A stretch of DNA of 64,000 bases from Chloroflexota bacterium (GCA_022561385.1 JADFRG010000007.1:14498-78497), one strand, 5' to 3'. Positions 9,213 through 18,882 are shown, counted from the first letter of the stretch. The notes: generated by a model from the sequence alone, not told the origin. Program-made: numbers and translations.

Positions 9213-11347
9213 CCGAAGGGAACAGTTTTCCTCAAGAGCGTGGCATGCATGGCCGGGGTTCTCATGGCTATATTCCCCTCCACACCCTCGGTTTGAATCA
9301 TCCTGAGAAATTCGTCGACCACCGTCGGATCAAAATGTACGCCTTTGTGGGATTCCAGGTGCTCCACCACCCGTTCGTTCGGCCAGGCCTTTCGATACGG
9401 TCGATCGGACAGAAGCGCGTCCCATACGTCAACCACCGCGAAGATGCGCGCCGGCATCGGTATGTCCTGCGCGCGCCATGCCAGCGGATATCCACTGCCG
9501 TCCCAGCGTTCGTGATGGCAGCAGGGGATAGCCAGCGCCGGCTTGAGATACCCGATCGGAGAGAGCATTTGATAGGCGTAGATCGTGTGTTTACGCATCA
9601 CTTCCCACTCTTCTTCTGTGAGCGGGCCCGGCTTATTCAAGATTCCGTCTGGAATTCCCATCTTGCCGATATCGTGAAGCAATGCCCCGCGCTTGATCTG
9701 AACCAGATCATCCCCCTCGAGTCCCATACGTCGCGCGAGACGCACGGTCATGTCGGTCACTCTCTGAGTGTGGCCCTCAGTCTCCTCGTCACGCAATTCC
9801 AGCGCCTTAGACCAGCCTTCGAGTGTTGTATCGTAGGCCTCCATCAGTTCCCGGTTGGAGTTCTCGAGCGCGGTGACCATGTTGTTGAAGGCGCTGGCAA
9901 GTGTGCTGAGCTCGTCATTTCCCGTGGTATTCAGCTTTACCGTTAGATTTCCTCGTGCTACGGCTTCGGAGGCCTTGACCACCCCTTCCAGCGGCTTCGT
10001 GATTCGATTCGCAACAAAGACTCCGGCTCCAATCACAACGACGAAGGCGACAGATGCCAACCCGAATATCTGCGTGCGGGTCGTGGTACTGGGCTGGACC
10101 AGGAAGGTCTGCGGCAAGGAAGTCCCAATCACCGCCATGTCGTCGCCCCCTCGCGCCTCAAGTGTTCCAATAATTTCGCTGTAATCAATATTGGCCACGC
10201 TCAGGTCCCGCAGGTAGCTCTCCTCCGACTGTCGCTGCACCACGCCGGACACGAGCTCCTGGCTCAGACCGTCCACGTCTTCTAAAAAGGTTGTAGCTAG
10301 CGGCGTGCCCTGCAGGTCATAAATTGTCGCCTGGGCGAGCGTGGCCCTGCGGACCTCGGTTGCGATGCTCTGGAGCGATTTCCCGACCAGTACGACCCCT
10401 TCGAGCTCGCCCTCTGTGCTTTGAATCGGCCCGGAGACATAGAAGAGGTCGCCCCACGGGGCCGAAACGACTCCCGCGTACTTATCACCGAGCTCATCCA
10501 CATTCGAATCGAGGACCTGCTGGACAAAGTCCCAGCTCTGGAAGATGTCTTCGCCGCGCGACGCGAAGTAGTCTTCGAAATCGGCATCCGCCTGCTGGCG
10601 CAAAGACAAGAGGCTCACCCCTTCTGCATCCAGGATTTCCATGGCTTCAATGCCGCCATTGACCGCGATGGGAAGCGTGATCTGACGCAAGGTCTCAGCG
10701 TTTTTAGCGGACACAGCCTCCGCCACGCCCTCAGTATGTGCGATCGAGCGGAGCAATTGCAGCTGTTCGTCTTCTTCCTTGACCATCCACTCGGCGGCCA
10801 GCCTGCCGGTCTCGATGAGTTGGTTGGTGAAGCGTTCCTCAATGGTGTCCAGCACTACGTTGGTTACGACGTAAGCGGCTGCCAGGGCCAGAACCAATGC
10901 CAGGCCGATGTACGGCAAAGTGATCTTGTATCGAATGGGGAAGCGGAACCCCTTGACGGCTGGTGCCGTGCCACCCTCGATCGTGACTCCGTTTCTTTCA
11001 AATCGGAGCGCCTTTTCGATCTTCGGATCACTGAATGGCGGAGAGATGACCCCCCAATCCTTGTATTCTTTGCTTCGCCGAAACAGCCCCGCGCCGGCCC
11101 CGTTTCCTGTAAGAAGAAGCCGGGAATCGGGTGCGCCGCGCTCCATCGTGGGGATTGCAGTCGGCCAGTTCGCTCCCAGGAGTTGGATGTCGAGCATGAT
11201 CACATCCGGCTTGTAACGCTTTACGATGTTTCCCGCTTCCTTCAAGGAGGCAGCGGTAAGCACTACGTCGCCGCGGTCTTCAAAAAGCTCTGCCAACGCC
11301 AAAAGGTGCTTGCGCTCAGGCTGGACGACAAGAATACGTTTTGTCAT
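9209..11347 (-). CDS. Multidomain signalling protein: degenerate receiver, TM-flanked extracytoplasmic sensor, HAMP and HD-GYP phosphodiesterase
   Basis: The C terminus has HDIGKMGIPDGILNKPGPLTEEEW...HHERWDGSGYP (HD-GYP). HAMP-like segment ITKPLEGVVKASEAVARGNLTV. The N-terminal REC-like fold reads VVQPE instead of the DD pocket and ISPPF instead of KPF. Confidence 0.85.
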   Translation of the reverse strand: MTKRILVVQPERKHLLALAELFEDRGDVVLTAASLKEAGNIVKRYKPDVIMLDIQLLGANWPTAIPTMERGAPDSRLLLTGNGAGAGLFRRSKEYKDWGVISPPFSDPKIEKALRFERNGVTIEGGTAPAVKGFRFPIRYKITLPYIGLALVLALAAAYVVTNVVLDTIEERFTNQLIETGRLAAEWMVKEEDEQLQLLRSIAHTEGVAEAVSAKNAETLRQITLPIAVNGGIEAMEILDAEGVSLLSLRQQADADFEDYFASRGEDIFQSWDFVQQVLDSNVDELGDKYAGVVSAPWGDLFYVSGPIQSTEGELEGVVLVGKSLQSIATEVRRATLAQATIYDLQGTPLATTFLEDVDGLSQELVSGVVQRQSEESYLRDLSVANIDYSEIIGTLEARGGDDMAVIGTSLPQTFLVQPSTTTRTQIFGLASVAFVVVIGAGVFVANRITKPLEGVVKASEAVARGNLTVKLNTTGNDELSTLASAFNNMVTALENSNRELMEAYDTTLEGWSKALELRDEETEGHTQRVTDMTVRLARRMGLEGDDLVQIKRGALLHDIGKMGIPDGILNKPGPLTEEEWEVMRKHTIYAYQMLSPIGYLKPALAIPCCHHERWDGSGYPLAWRAQDIPMPARIFAVVDVWDALLSDRPYRKAWPNERVVEHLESHKGVHFDPTVVDEFLRMIQTEGVEGNIAMRTPAMHATLLRKTVPFG

Positions 11348-11578
11348 GAATAGAATTCAGACCCTCCAGCTCCGAGCCCCGGAGAGTCATTTCTGCCGAA
11401 TAGACTGTACAGGAGGAGCAGACGCCTACGACTTACAGATCTGTAAGGCGAGCTAGAACCAAGGACTAGAACCAAGGAGTAGTGGGCTTTTCGGTGGCTC
11501 ACAAAGGGAGTGATGGCCCTGTGCGTGGCGCAGTATGGGCCTCTTGCGCCACTTGGCTAGAAGTCAAAGGTATCTAAA

Positions 11579-12334
11579 ATGGATCTAGAGAAAACAACTG
11601 TGACTGATTGGGACGTTTTTCGAGAGGCCGCCAACGCACTGCTCACCGGACAGAATCCGTATCTCATTGGAGATGGCGAGACGCTGTTCTTCAATCCCCC
11701 GTGGACCCTGATACCTCTAATCCCCCTCGCCATACTGCCGCCGATGCTCGGATTACTAGCCAATGCCGGCGTAACGATCGCAGTCCTGCTTCTTGTTTCG
11801 CGTCACCTAAAGTTAAGCTTGTGGGAGTTCTTCTTTATGGCAATTAGCCCGATGCTGCTCCAATCCATGCTCTATGGAAACACCGAATGGATGCCTATGC
11901 TGGGTTTGCTCTTCCCTCCGCCTATAGCGATGCTCTTCTTTGCAACAAAACCCCAAGCAGCGTTGGGATGGATTCTCCTATTCCTGCACAGGGGTTGGAA
12001 GACCGACCGCTGGAAGGGTATTGGATTCATTGTCGCCCCAACAATAGTATTGACCATCGCGTCTCTGCTAATCTGGGGACTGCCACCCATTCCAGGACCA
12101 GAAAACCCAGGCCAGCGTTCGCTCTTTCCCTTTTCACTTCTGGTTGGGATTCCAGTACTGATCTGGGTAGTAAGGAAGGATGATGACCGGCTGGCAGGTT
12201 TCGTTGGGCCCTTCACAGCTCCCTACGTGACATTTCACGGTTATGTGCACGCGCTGTTCCCATTCAGGGGGAAATGGATGGCTTTGGCTGTAGCGGCCTC
12301 CTTTATCCCTGTCGTACTTGGAATTGTGGCATAG
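11579..12334 (+). CDS. Polytopic membrane protein, possibly a GT-C-type glycosyltransferase (DUF2029-like); shorter paralog of 13006-14097
   Basis: 251 aa and multi-TM. FFNPPWTLIPLIPLAILPP, GNTEWMPMLGLL and ATKPQAALGWILLFL align by eye with FYFMPWSVLLFAPTLLVPP, GNIDGVVLLGIC and TLKPINTLPLLLFVFL in the paralog. The functional assignment is weak. Confidence 0.5.
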   Translation: MDLEKTTVTDWDVFREAANALLTGQNPYLIGDGETLFFNPPWTLIPLIPLAILPPMLGLLANAGVTIAVLLLVSRHLKLSLWEFFFMAISPMLLQSMLYGNTEWMPMLGLLFPPPIAMLFFATKPQAALGWILLFLHRGWKTDRWKGIGFIVAPTIVLTIASLLIWGLPPIPGPENPGQRSLFPFSLLVGIPVLIWVVRKDDDRLAGFVGPFTAPYVTFHGYVHALFPFRGKWMALAVAASFIPVVLGIVA

Positions 12335-12485
12335 GCTACGAAGCTGCGAAGAACCAAGGAGAGGTCTGGGAAAAGGAACCCTCCTCGTGTATGGAAACCG
12401 CCACAGCAAGCTCTAGAAAAGACCGCTTAATCCGCTTGGCACGCAGAAGACTGGCCTATCTGAAGGATTCCATCCATCTGTTTGA

Positions 12486-12550
12486 TGCGCCGTAAAGGAA
12501 TCGAACCTGTTTAAAAAAAGCCCCTGCTCTGCCAATTGAGCGAACGGCGC
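12486..12550 (-). pseudogene. Degenerate tRNA-Lys copy lacking the 3' anticodon-stem strand and variable region
   Basis: The reverse complement is GCGCCGTTCGCTCAATTGGCAGAGCAGGGGCTTTTTTTAAACAGGTTCGATTCCTTTACGGCGCA (65 nt). The acceptor, D-arm and 5' anticodon stem match the intact tRNA at 14319-14391, but the anticodon loop is replaced by a T-run. Confidence 0.6.
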
Positions 12551-13005
12551 ACCGGTCGGCGCTTTAGCATGGAGAACATGGTGGAATCCCCAACGTACGG
12601 TGCGGCAGATCTAGGGAGTCGGCTCTAGGCCCGCGCCCCCTGTCGAGGTTCGGCTCTGAAGACTGGCAAATTAGTCGCACGGTGAGAGCCTGTATCCTCG
12701 CGCCGATTGCGCCGGAGATCCCGTGGGCAATAACTGTTGTCTGGGGTGGGAGCATTCGATGGCCCCAATCCGATCGCGAGTTGGATATCAGGATGGTTTC
12801 CTGATTTCGCCAAATTTCATTCCTATTTACCACAAAGCAACCTGGAATGGCACTTTCTCTGTGCAGCACCTGAAGCAACCTGCCCAACATCTTGCCTCAC
12901 ACTGAGAACGCTGCAGAATCTCGCACAATCACCTAAACTCTGAGAGATCGTCGGGTAGGCAAGCAGCCAATCCTCTTCTGGCGCGACTCGGGCCAATAGG
13001 TTCGC

Positions 13006-14097
13006 ATGAAAAAGTCCCATCCCACCGCAGGAAGAATAATTAGGCTCGCTATTGCTACGATGTCTGTGGTGATTTCTGTGAAGGTATTCTCGATGATTGT
13101 TGGGACGGGCCCAAATGACTATACCTACTTCATCCGGCCAAGCACCCTAAGCTGGCTAAAGGGAGAAACGAACCTATTTGATCAAGCTGCAGAAGGGTTT
13201 TACTTCATGCCCTGGTCAGTTCTGCTGTTTGCCCCCACGCTGCTGGTTCCACCGGAGATAGGCCAAGGCATGCTCAGCGTGCTCACTCTGGTTGGTGTAC
13301 TCATGGCAATTAAGATCTTTGGCGAGGGGCTTCCATTGTGGATAAAGGGCCTAGCGGCAACTCCATTTGCGCTTTTCATACTGCTCATAACCGGGAATAT
13401 CGATGGAGTGGTGTTGCTCGGCATTTGCATAAGCTGGTGGGCGATCAAGTCTCATCAGCCGTTCCTGTTATCTGCAGGATTATGGTTAACGACACTAAAG
13501 CCAATCAATACTCTCCCACTTCTACTTTTTGTATTCCTGTTCACCTGGCACTGGTCATGGAGAGATAAACTTTCCGCAATATCTCTTGTGCTTTTCTCCG
13601 TGATCATCTCTTTCCCAGTGTTTGGGTATGACTGGCCCATCCGCTACCTGCAATTCTTCAATGCGGCGCCTCCTCTCGAGTTTCCAATCGTAACCATTTG
13701 GAAGCTTGGAAATCAGCTGAACCTTCCCCCGCTTCTTACGCTCGTGCCAACACTTTTCATTATTGCTTCAAGCACAATAAGCATCTACAGATTCGGCTTA
13801 GGCGTAGAGACGTTTGCACTGACCTCTGCTGCGTGGATGATCGTTACCCCCTACGCGCTGGACATCCATTACGTTCTGCTCATTCCGGCCTTTCTCACTG
13901 TCGCTAGATATCTGAAAGGCGCGGCGGTGTTCAGTTATGTCAGCAGCTACCTGCCATTGTTAAGAATTCCTTTCGGATTTGAAATCAGCAATATTGACTT
14001 GATCTACCCAATATCGTTGTGGGTTGGGTCCAGCTATTTTCTCTACGCCAGTAAACCTACCCCACCGGCCACGACGATTCACATGGACACAAGTTAG
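13006..14097 (+). CDS. Polytopic membrane protein, possibly a GT-C-type glycosyltransferase (DUF2029-like)
   Basis: 363 aa with about 10 hydrophobic segments. It is a paralog of 11579-12334 and lies in a region AT-richer than its surroundings. Confidence 0.55.
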   Translation: MKKSHPTAGRIIRLAIATMSVVISVKVFSMIVGTGPNDYTYFIRPSTLSWLKGETNLFDQAAEGFYFMPWSVLLFAPTLLVPPEIGQGMLSVLTLVGVLMAIKIFGEGLPLWIKGLAATPFALFILLITGNIDGVVLLGICISWWAIKSHQPFLLSAGLWLTTLKPINTLPLLLFVFLFTWHWSWRDKLSAISLVLFSVIISFPVFGYDWPIRYLQFFNAAPPLEFPIVTIWKLGNQLNLPPLLTLVPTLFIIASSTISIYRFGLGVETFALTSAAWMIVTPYALDIHYVLLIPAFLTVARYLKGAAVFSYVSSYLPLLRIPFGFEISNIDLIYPISLWVGSSYFLYASKPTPPATTIHMDTS

Positions 14098-14271
14098 AAC
14101 CGGGAGCAACAAGGGAATGGCGCTCCCCGGTTGGCGGGTCCTACGCAGTTCTATGCGGTTTTTCAAATCGAAGAAGTGCGAGGTAAACACACGGCATCCA
14201 GTCCGGCGATCCACTTACCGGCATAGGTCTAGGAATTGAAATGGGAGACGTCGGCTCCAGGCCATCCGCGG

Positions 14272-14300
14272 GAAAGAAAAAACCCGCCTCTCAGCGGGCT
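14272..14300 (-). terminator. Rho-independent terminator downstream of tRNA-Lys
   Basis: The minus strand reads AGCCCGC-TGAGAG-GCGGGT followed by TTTTTCTTTCC. Confidence 0.6.
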
Positions 14301-14318
14301 CTGCGGCGTGACTTCAAA

Positions 14319-14391
14319 TGCGCCGTCAGGGACTCGAACCCTGAACCTTGGGCTTAAAAGGCCCCTGCTCTGCCAATTGAGCTAACGGCGC
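14319..14391 (-). tRNA. tRNA-Lys (anticodon UUU)
   Basis: The reverse complement is GCGCCGT-TA-GCTC-AATTGGC-AGAGC-A-GGGGC-CTTTTAA-GCCCA-AGGTT-CAGGG-TTCGAGT-CCCTG-ACGGCGC-A. It forms a full cloverleaf, and CCA is not encoded. Confidence 0.9.
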
Positions 14392-14449
14392 AAGGACCGG
14401 CATTCTAACACGGCGTATACGGCGGGTTCCCTGACAAGCAGAGTGGCAA

Positions 14450-14923
14450 CTAGCCGGAGGCCGCATTCAACGCGGCGTAAACTTCCTGGCTGTGGCCGAC
14501 GGGTTTGACACCCTCGTACACACGGCTGATACGGCCCGATTCATCGATCAGGAAGGTGGTACGAGTTCCGTACGCCGCATCAGACGGGTGCTCCTTGCTG
14601 GGTTTCCGCACCCCAAAAGCCTGCGCCACCTGGCGATCCTTGTCGGCCAGCAGCGGATAAGGAAAACCGTACTTACCGCTGAACTTAGCCTGCGACCGCA
14701 CGGTATCCGGGCTAATGCCCAGCACGACGATGTCCTGGTTTGTAAATAACGAATAATCGTCCCGAAAGCCACAAGCCTCCTTGATACATCCCGGCGTGTC
14801 CGCCCTCGGATAAAAGAAAAGGACCAGCTTCTTGCCCCGGTAGTCTGAAAGCCGAACCGTCTCTCCACTATCGGTTAGCAGCTCAAATTCCGGGGCTAGA
14901 TCCCCAGCTTGTGGCAATTTCAT
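14450..14923 (-). CDS. bcp: Thioredoxin-dependent peroxiredoxin Bcp
   Basis: LVLFFYPRADTPGCIKEACGF contains the PxxxTxxC Prx motif with a resolving Cys 5 residues later, as in Bcp/PrxQ. Confidence 0.9.
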   Translation of the reverse strand: MKLPQAGDLAPEFELLTDSGETVRLSDYRGKKLVLFFYPRADTPGCIKEACGFRDDYSLFTNQDIVVLGISPDTVRSQAKFSGKYGFPYPLLADKDRQVAQAFGVRKPSKEHPSDAAYGTRTTFLIDESGRISRVYEGVKPVGHSQEVYAALNAASG

Positions 14924-15157
14924 GGTTAATAGCCTCCAAGAAACCGAATCCTATCACCGATCACGCCGTAAATCTGCCGCCGGCGACCCAAAAATGGCCA
15001 TCCCGGCCTCTAAAATGGGCAATCTGGACAGCCTTAATAACTTATGCTATGATGCCCGGCGCTTATGGGCTGAGAGACCTCTCTCAGTTCATTTTTGTCA
15101 TATGAGGGAAGTACTCAGACTCGAATATAAGTCCTGGAGCGCATATTAGGGGTTTCG

Positions 15158-15625
15158 ATGGTGAATCAAGAAGTTTATCTAACGAAGAGGGGCCGCAAGA
15201 AGCTGCAGGATGAGCTGGCCCACTTGCTCGATACCAAGCGTCTGGAAGTGGCCCGTCGACTACACGAAGCCATGGAAGGCGGCGAACTGATTGAAAATGC
15301 GGAATACGAGGCGGCCAAGAACGAGCAGGCCTTTGTTGAGGGACGCATTCTAGAAATCGAGCACCTGCTTGCTTCGGCTCAAGAAATTAAGCCCAACCGG
15401 ACAAAAGACATGGTGTCTATAGGCAGCACTGTGGTGGTGAAACAGGATGGATCATCCACGGAAACTTACACTATCGTCGGCGCCGCGGAAGCCAACCCCA
15501 AGAAAGGCCTGATCTCGAACGAATCTCCGCTGGGGCAGGCGCTGTTAAAGGGCAAAGTCGGAGACGACATCCGGGTCAAGGCACCCGCCGGCGCGCTTAA
15601 ATTCCATATCATCAAGATCAAGTGA
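15158..15625 (+). CDS. greA: Transcription elongation factor GreA
   Basis: 155 aa with an N-terminal coiled coil (LTKRGRKKLQDEL...ENAEYEAAKNEQ) and a C-terminal ISNESPLGQALLGK-type motif. Confidence 0.9.
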   Translation: MVNQEVYLTKRGRKKLQDELAHLLDTKRLEVARRLHEAMEGGELIENAEYEAAKNEQAFVEGRILEIEHLLASAQEIKPNRTKDMVSIGSTVVVKQDGSSTETYTIVGAAEANPKKGLISNESPLGQALLKGKVGDDIRVKAPAGALKFHIIKIK

Positions 15626-15650
15626 GTGGGCCGAAATGAATATACGCCCT

Positions 15651-15684
15651 GCGCCCCGGTGCTGGCGCGGGGCGCTTTTTGTTT
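15651..15684 (+). terminator. Rho-independent terminator after greA
   Basis: GCGCCCCG-(9 nt)-CGGGGCGC followed by TTTTTGTTT. Confidence 0.7.
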
Positions 15685-15711
15685 CGGGAGACGGAAAGGA
15701 CGCGCCGTGTT

Positions 15712-17214
15712 ATGACAGATAGGCTCACACAAGCCCGGCTTCGAAAGCTGGACCGCCTAAGAAAAGAGGGACTCGATCCCTATCCGGCGCGATCAAGCCG
15801 GTCGCATACCTCAAGCGCGGCCATCGAGGCATTCGAGGCCGCGGCCAAGGATGAACAGGTTCGAGTAGTTGTGGCGGGGCGCCTGCGGTCGATCCGTGAG
15901 ATGGGCAAAACCGTCTTCGCGCATATCGAAGACACAGACGGAAGACTCCAACTGTATCTTCGCCAAGATCAGCTGGGCCCCGATCAGCTCGATTTGTTTC
16001 TGGAAGCGTTCGATCTCGGAGACTTCATTCAGGCGGAGGGGGAGCTTTTCCGCACGCGGACCGGCGAAGTCACCGTGCGGGTAGCATCCTTCCTCATGTT
16101 GTCGAAGGCCATCTATCCACTGCCCGCTGCGAAAGAAGAACTCGTCGACGACGAGATCGTGGTCCATTCGGCATTCGACAATCCGGAGGCCCGTTACCGT
16201 CAGCGTTATGCAGACCTGGCGGTTAATCCGGAAGTGCGGGAGGTATTTCGAACGCGAGCCCGAATTATCGACGCGTTGCGCCAATACCTCAATAATCTTG
16301 GCTTTCTGGAGGTCGAGACGCCCGTTTTGCAATTCATCTACGGCGGAGCGGCCGCGGAGCCGTTCGTCACGCATCACAAACAGCTCCATCGGGACCTCTA
16401 TCTGCGGATCTCGTTCGAGCTCTATCTAAAACGGTTGCTTGTGGGAGGACTCGAGCGAGTCTATGAGATTGGAAAGGACTTTCGGAACGAGGGCGTCGAC
16501 CGGACGCATCAGCCGGAGTTCACCCAGCTGGAGTTCTACATGGCCTATGCCGATTATCAAGTGGTCATGGACGTAACCGAAGACATGATTACCTATGTGG
16601 CCGAACAAGTGCTTGGCGGAACGCAATTCGAGTACCAGGGCCGCACCATCGACGTGACACCACCCTGGGGAAGGATCGAGCTGCGAGCTGCAATCGCGGA
16701 ACAGACCGGCATCGATTACGCCGAACACAATACCGAAAATGCGCTTCGCACGGCGATCTCCAAGGCCGGGATCGAAGCCCCGGAGGTGGCCTCGCGCGGG
16801 AAGCTGATCGAACATTTGCTGGATCACCATGTCGTTCCGGAACTTATTCAGCCGACCTTCCTATACAACTATCCGCGTGATATTTCACCACTCGCCAAGG
16901 CCGATGTGAACAATCCTGAGAGTGTTGAGCGATTTGAGGGCTTCGTAGCCGGGATGGAGATCTGCAACGCTTTTACGGAGTTGAACGATCCGGTAGAGCA
17001 GGAGCAGCGATTTCTCGAAATGGGGCGCACCCATGGAGAGGATGACGCCGACCGCCACCCGCTGGATGAGGACTATTTGAGGGCGATGCGTTACGGGATG
17101 CCGCCCAACGGGGGCTTTGGAATGGGGGTCGACCGGCTTACCATGCTGCTGACCGACCGATCCAGCATCCGCGAGGTCATCCTATTTCCCCATCTTCGCA
17201 CCAAGGAGAATTAA
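15712..17214 (+). CDS. lysS: Lysine--tRNA ligase, class II
   Basis: OB-fold N domain plus class II motifs (FRNEG, YADY, GGFGMGVDRLTMLL). ATG 15712 is chosen because the track start at 15679 lies inside the greA terminator. Confidence 0.9.
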   Translation: MTDRLTQARLRKLDRLRKEGLDPYPARSSRSHTSSAAIEAFEAAAKDEQVRVVVAGRLRSIREMGKTVFAHIEDTDGRLQLYLRQDQLGPDQLDLFLEAFDLGDFIQAEGELFRTRTGEVTVRVASFLMLSKAIYPLPAAKEELVDDEIVVHSAFDNPEARYRQRYADLAVNPEVREVFRTRARIIDALRQYLNNLGFLEVETPVLQFIYGGAAAEPFVTHHKQLHRDLYLRISFELYLKRLLVGGLERVYEIGKDFRNEGVDRTHQPEFTQLEFYMAYADYQVVMDVTEDMITYVAEQVLGGTQFEYQGRTIDVTPPWGRIELRAAIAEQTGIDYAEHNTENALRTAISKAGIEAPEVASRGKLIEHLLDHHVVPELIQPTFLYNYPRDISPLAKADVNNPESVERFEGFVAGMEICNAFTELNDPVEQEQRFLEMGRTHGEDDADRHPLDEDYLRAMRYGMPPNGGFGMGVDRLTMLLTDRSSIREVILFPHLRTKEN

Positions 17215-17879
17215 GACTTCGGTCGCCAGCCCAGCCGTTTCCGAAAGGTGGCATAGCGGGAGAAGAAGTGAACGAGGGGCGAAGAGAGCCTTCCGACCAC
17301 CTCCGATTGTTTGAGCGCGGCTCGCATCCCTTCCGAATCGTCAAAAGCGGGTAGCCGCAACCCCGCAGTTCCCAGCTCCAGATAGGCATGGGCATCCGAG
17401 CCGGCTGTCCCCGCGAGCCCGGCTTCATCTGCCAATTCCCGGGCCCGCTCATTTGCGCCTCCGCCGACCGTGCGAGCGTTAAAGATTTCCAGGGCATCCA
17501 CGTAAGGCAAGATTTCGCGCAGGGCGGTCTCCTGCCATGCGCCGCCGCGAAAGGGATCCAGGGGATGCGCCACGCTGATCACCGCGTTTTGCTCTTTCAG
17601 TCGATGGATGGCGTCCATGGGTTCGAGGCCGGGCGGAATCCACTCCTTAACGAAGTAGGCCAACAGCTCTCCCTGTGTCGTATATACCTCTTCGCCAATG
17701 ATCACCAGTTCGGGATCCAGGATCTGCGCCTCGCGCGCGCCTTCGATCTCGCTGTGATCGGTAATAGCGAGACGCCCGATGCCCTTCGCCCGAGCCACCT
17801 CCACGAGCTTCTCCGGCATCATCAGACAGTCTTTTGAGCGGTAAGTATGACAGTGTAGCTCAGCGAGCACGATTGCCAT
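17211..17879 (-). CDS. PHP-domain metal-dependent phosphoesterase
   Basis: ELHCHTYRSKDC...ITDHSE...AHP...GSDAH motif series of PHP domains. Confidence 0.75.
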   Translation of the reverse strand: MAIVLAELHCHTYRSKDCLMMPEKLVEVARAKGIGRLAITDHSEIEGAREAQILDPELVIIGEEVYTTQGELLAYFVKEWIPPGLEPMDAIHRLKEQNAVISVAHPLDPFRGGAWQETALREILPYVDALEIFNARTVGGGANERARELADEAGLAGTAGSDAHAYLELGTAGLRLPAFDDSEGMRAALKQSEVVGRLSSPLVHFFSRYATFRKRLGWRPKS

Positions 17880-17881
17880 GG

Positions 17882-18844
17882 TTAACCCGCCAGTCCGGGA
17901 ATCCCCTCCAGTGTGTTCGCGTAACGTACTGAATTACGAATGGATTCTGCAACTACTCGTTCAGTCAGGTAAGCCACCAAATCAAACCGCGCCTCGACCT
18001 GGCCGGTGGCGAGCGTGAAGGCGATATCCCCGTCGTGGGTGGTGTGTGAAGGACGGACGGCCGTTACCAGTCCGTTCTGGGCGTGTTGGGCCAACCGATT
18101 CACATCAACTTTGCTCATAACGGCGTTGGTAGCGGCAACAATGAGGGTCGTATTGGTGCCCGCTGGAATCTCTAGCTCTCGGACCAGATACTGCAGCGGA
18201 TCCTTCTCCGCGGACCAAGATCCATCGGGGCGGCGGGCGCCCGCAAGGACCGTCCCGTCCGGGTTCAGTACATCTCCCACACAATTGGTCACAGCCACGG
18301 CTCCGACGATCAACTTTTCGCCACCTTCAATCTCGATCTGCTCGGAGGCGGTGCCGAACCCACCCTTCATCATGCCTTCGAATCCAGCCCACTTGCCAAC
18401 TGTGACGCCGGCGCCCGCTCCGACATTCCCCTGAGCAACCTCATCGATCTTCGCCGCCTGGCAGGCTTGATAACCCATTTCGGGGTCCGGGCGGCGCTTT
18501 CCCTCACCAAAAAACAAGTCGTAGACCACAGCCGCAGGGACGATAGGTATAGTCGCCCGCGGAGTCCAGTGACCGAGATCGTTCTCTTCCAGGTAGCGCA
18601 CCACTCCGTCGGCAGCTGCCAGCCCAAAGGCACTTCCCCCGGATAGCAAAATGGCGGTGACATCCTGCACATGTTTGTCCGGTGCCAAGAGCGCCGTTTC
18701 CCGGCTTCCGGGAGAGGGGCCGCGCACGTCTACGCCCCCGACGGTGTCCTTTGGGCACAGGATTACGGAGCAGCCGGTGTGGTGTTGTGAGTCGGTAAAG
18801 TGGCCCAAGAGCAGGCCAGGGACCTGAGTGATCATGGAGACCAT
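17882..18844 (-). CDS. P1/S58 family peptidase (DmpA/L-aminopeptidase-like)
   Basis: 320 aa with GHFTD...TGCSVILCP...GGVDVRGPSPGSRET and TTHDGD motifs typical of DmpA-type Ntn hydrolases. Confidence 0.8.
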   Translation of the reverse strand: MVSMITQVPGLLLGHFTDSQHHTGCSVILCPKDTVGGVDVRGPSPGSRETALLAPDKHVQDVTAILLSGGSAFGLAAADGVVRYLEENDLGHWTPRATIPIVPAAVVYDLFFGEGKRRPDPEMGYQACQAAKIDEVAQGNVGAGAGVTVGKWAGFEGMMKGGFGTASEQIEIEGGEKLIVGAVAVTNCVGDVLNPDGTVLAGARRPDGSWSAEKDPLQYLVRELEIPAGTNTTLIVAATNAVMSKVDVNRLAQHAQNGLVTAVRPSHTTHDGDIAFTLATGQVEARFDLVAYLTERVVAESIRNSVRYANTLEGIPGLAG

Positions 18845-18882
18845 GCACGAATTCTAAGCCGGAATCAACGCCTACGCCCGAT

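Noticed and set aside
12551-13005. Small ORFs in the spacer between the duplicated modules (12274-12495, 12564-12890, 12625-12813, 12723-12905, 12737-12943 and 12823-13020).
   Set aside because: They overlap one another on both strands and have no recognisable motifs or RBS. One of them runs through the tRNA remnant. The segment is more likely non-coding or decayed DNA.
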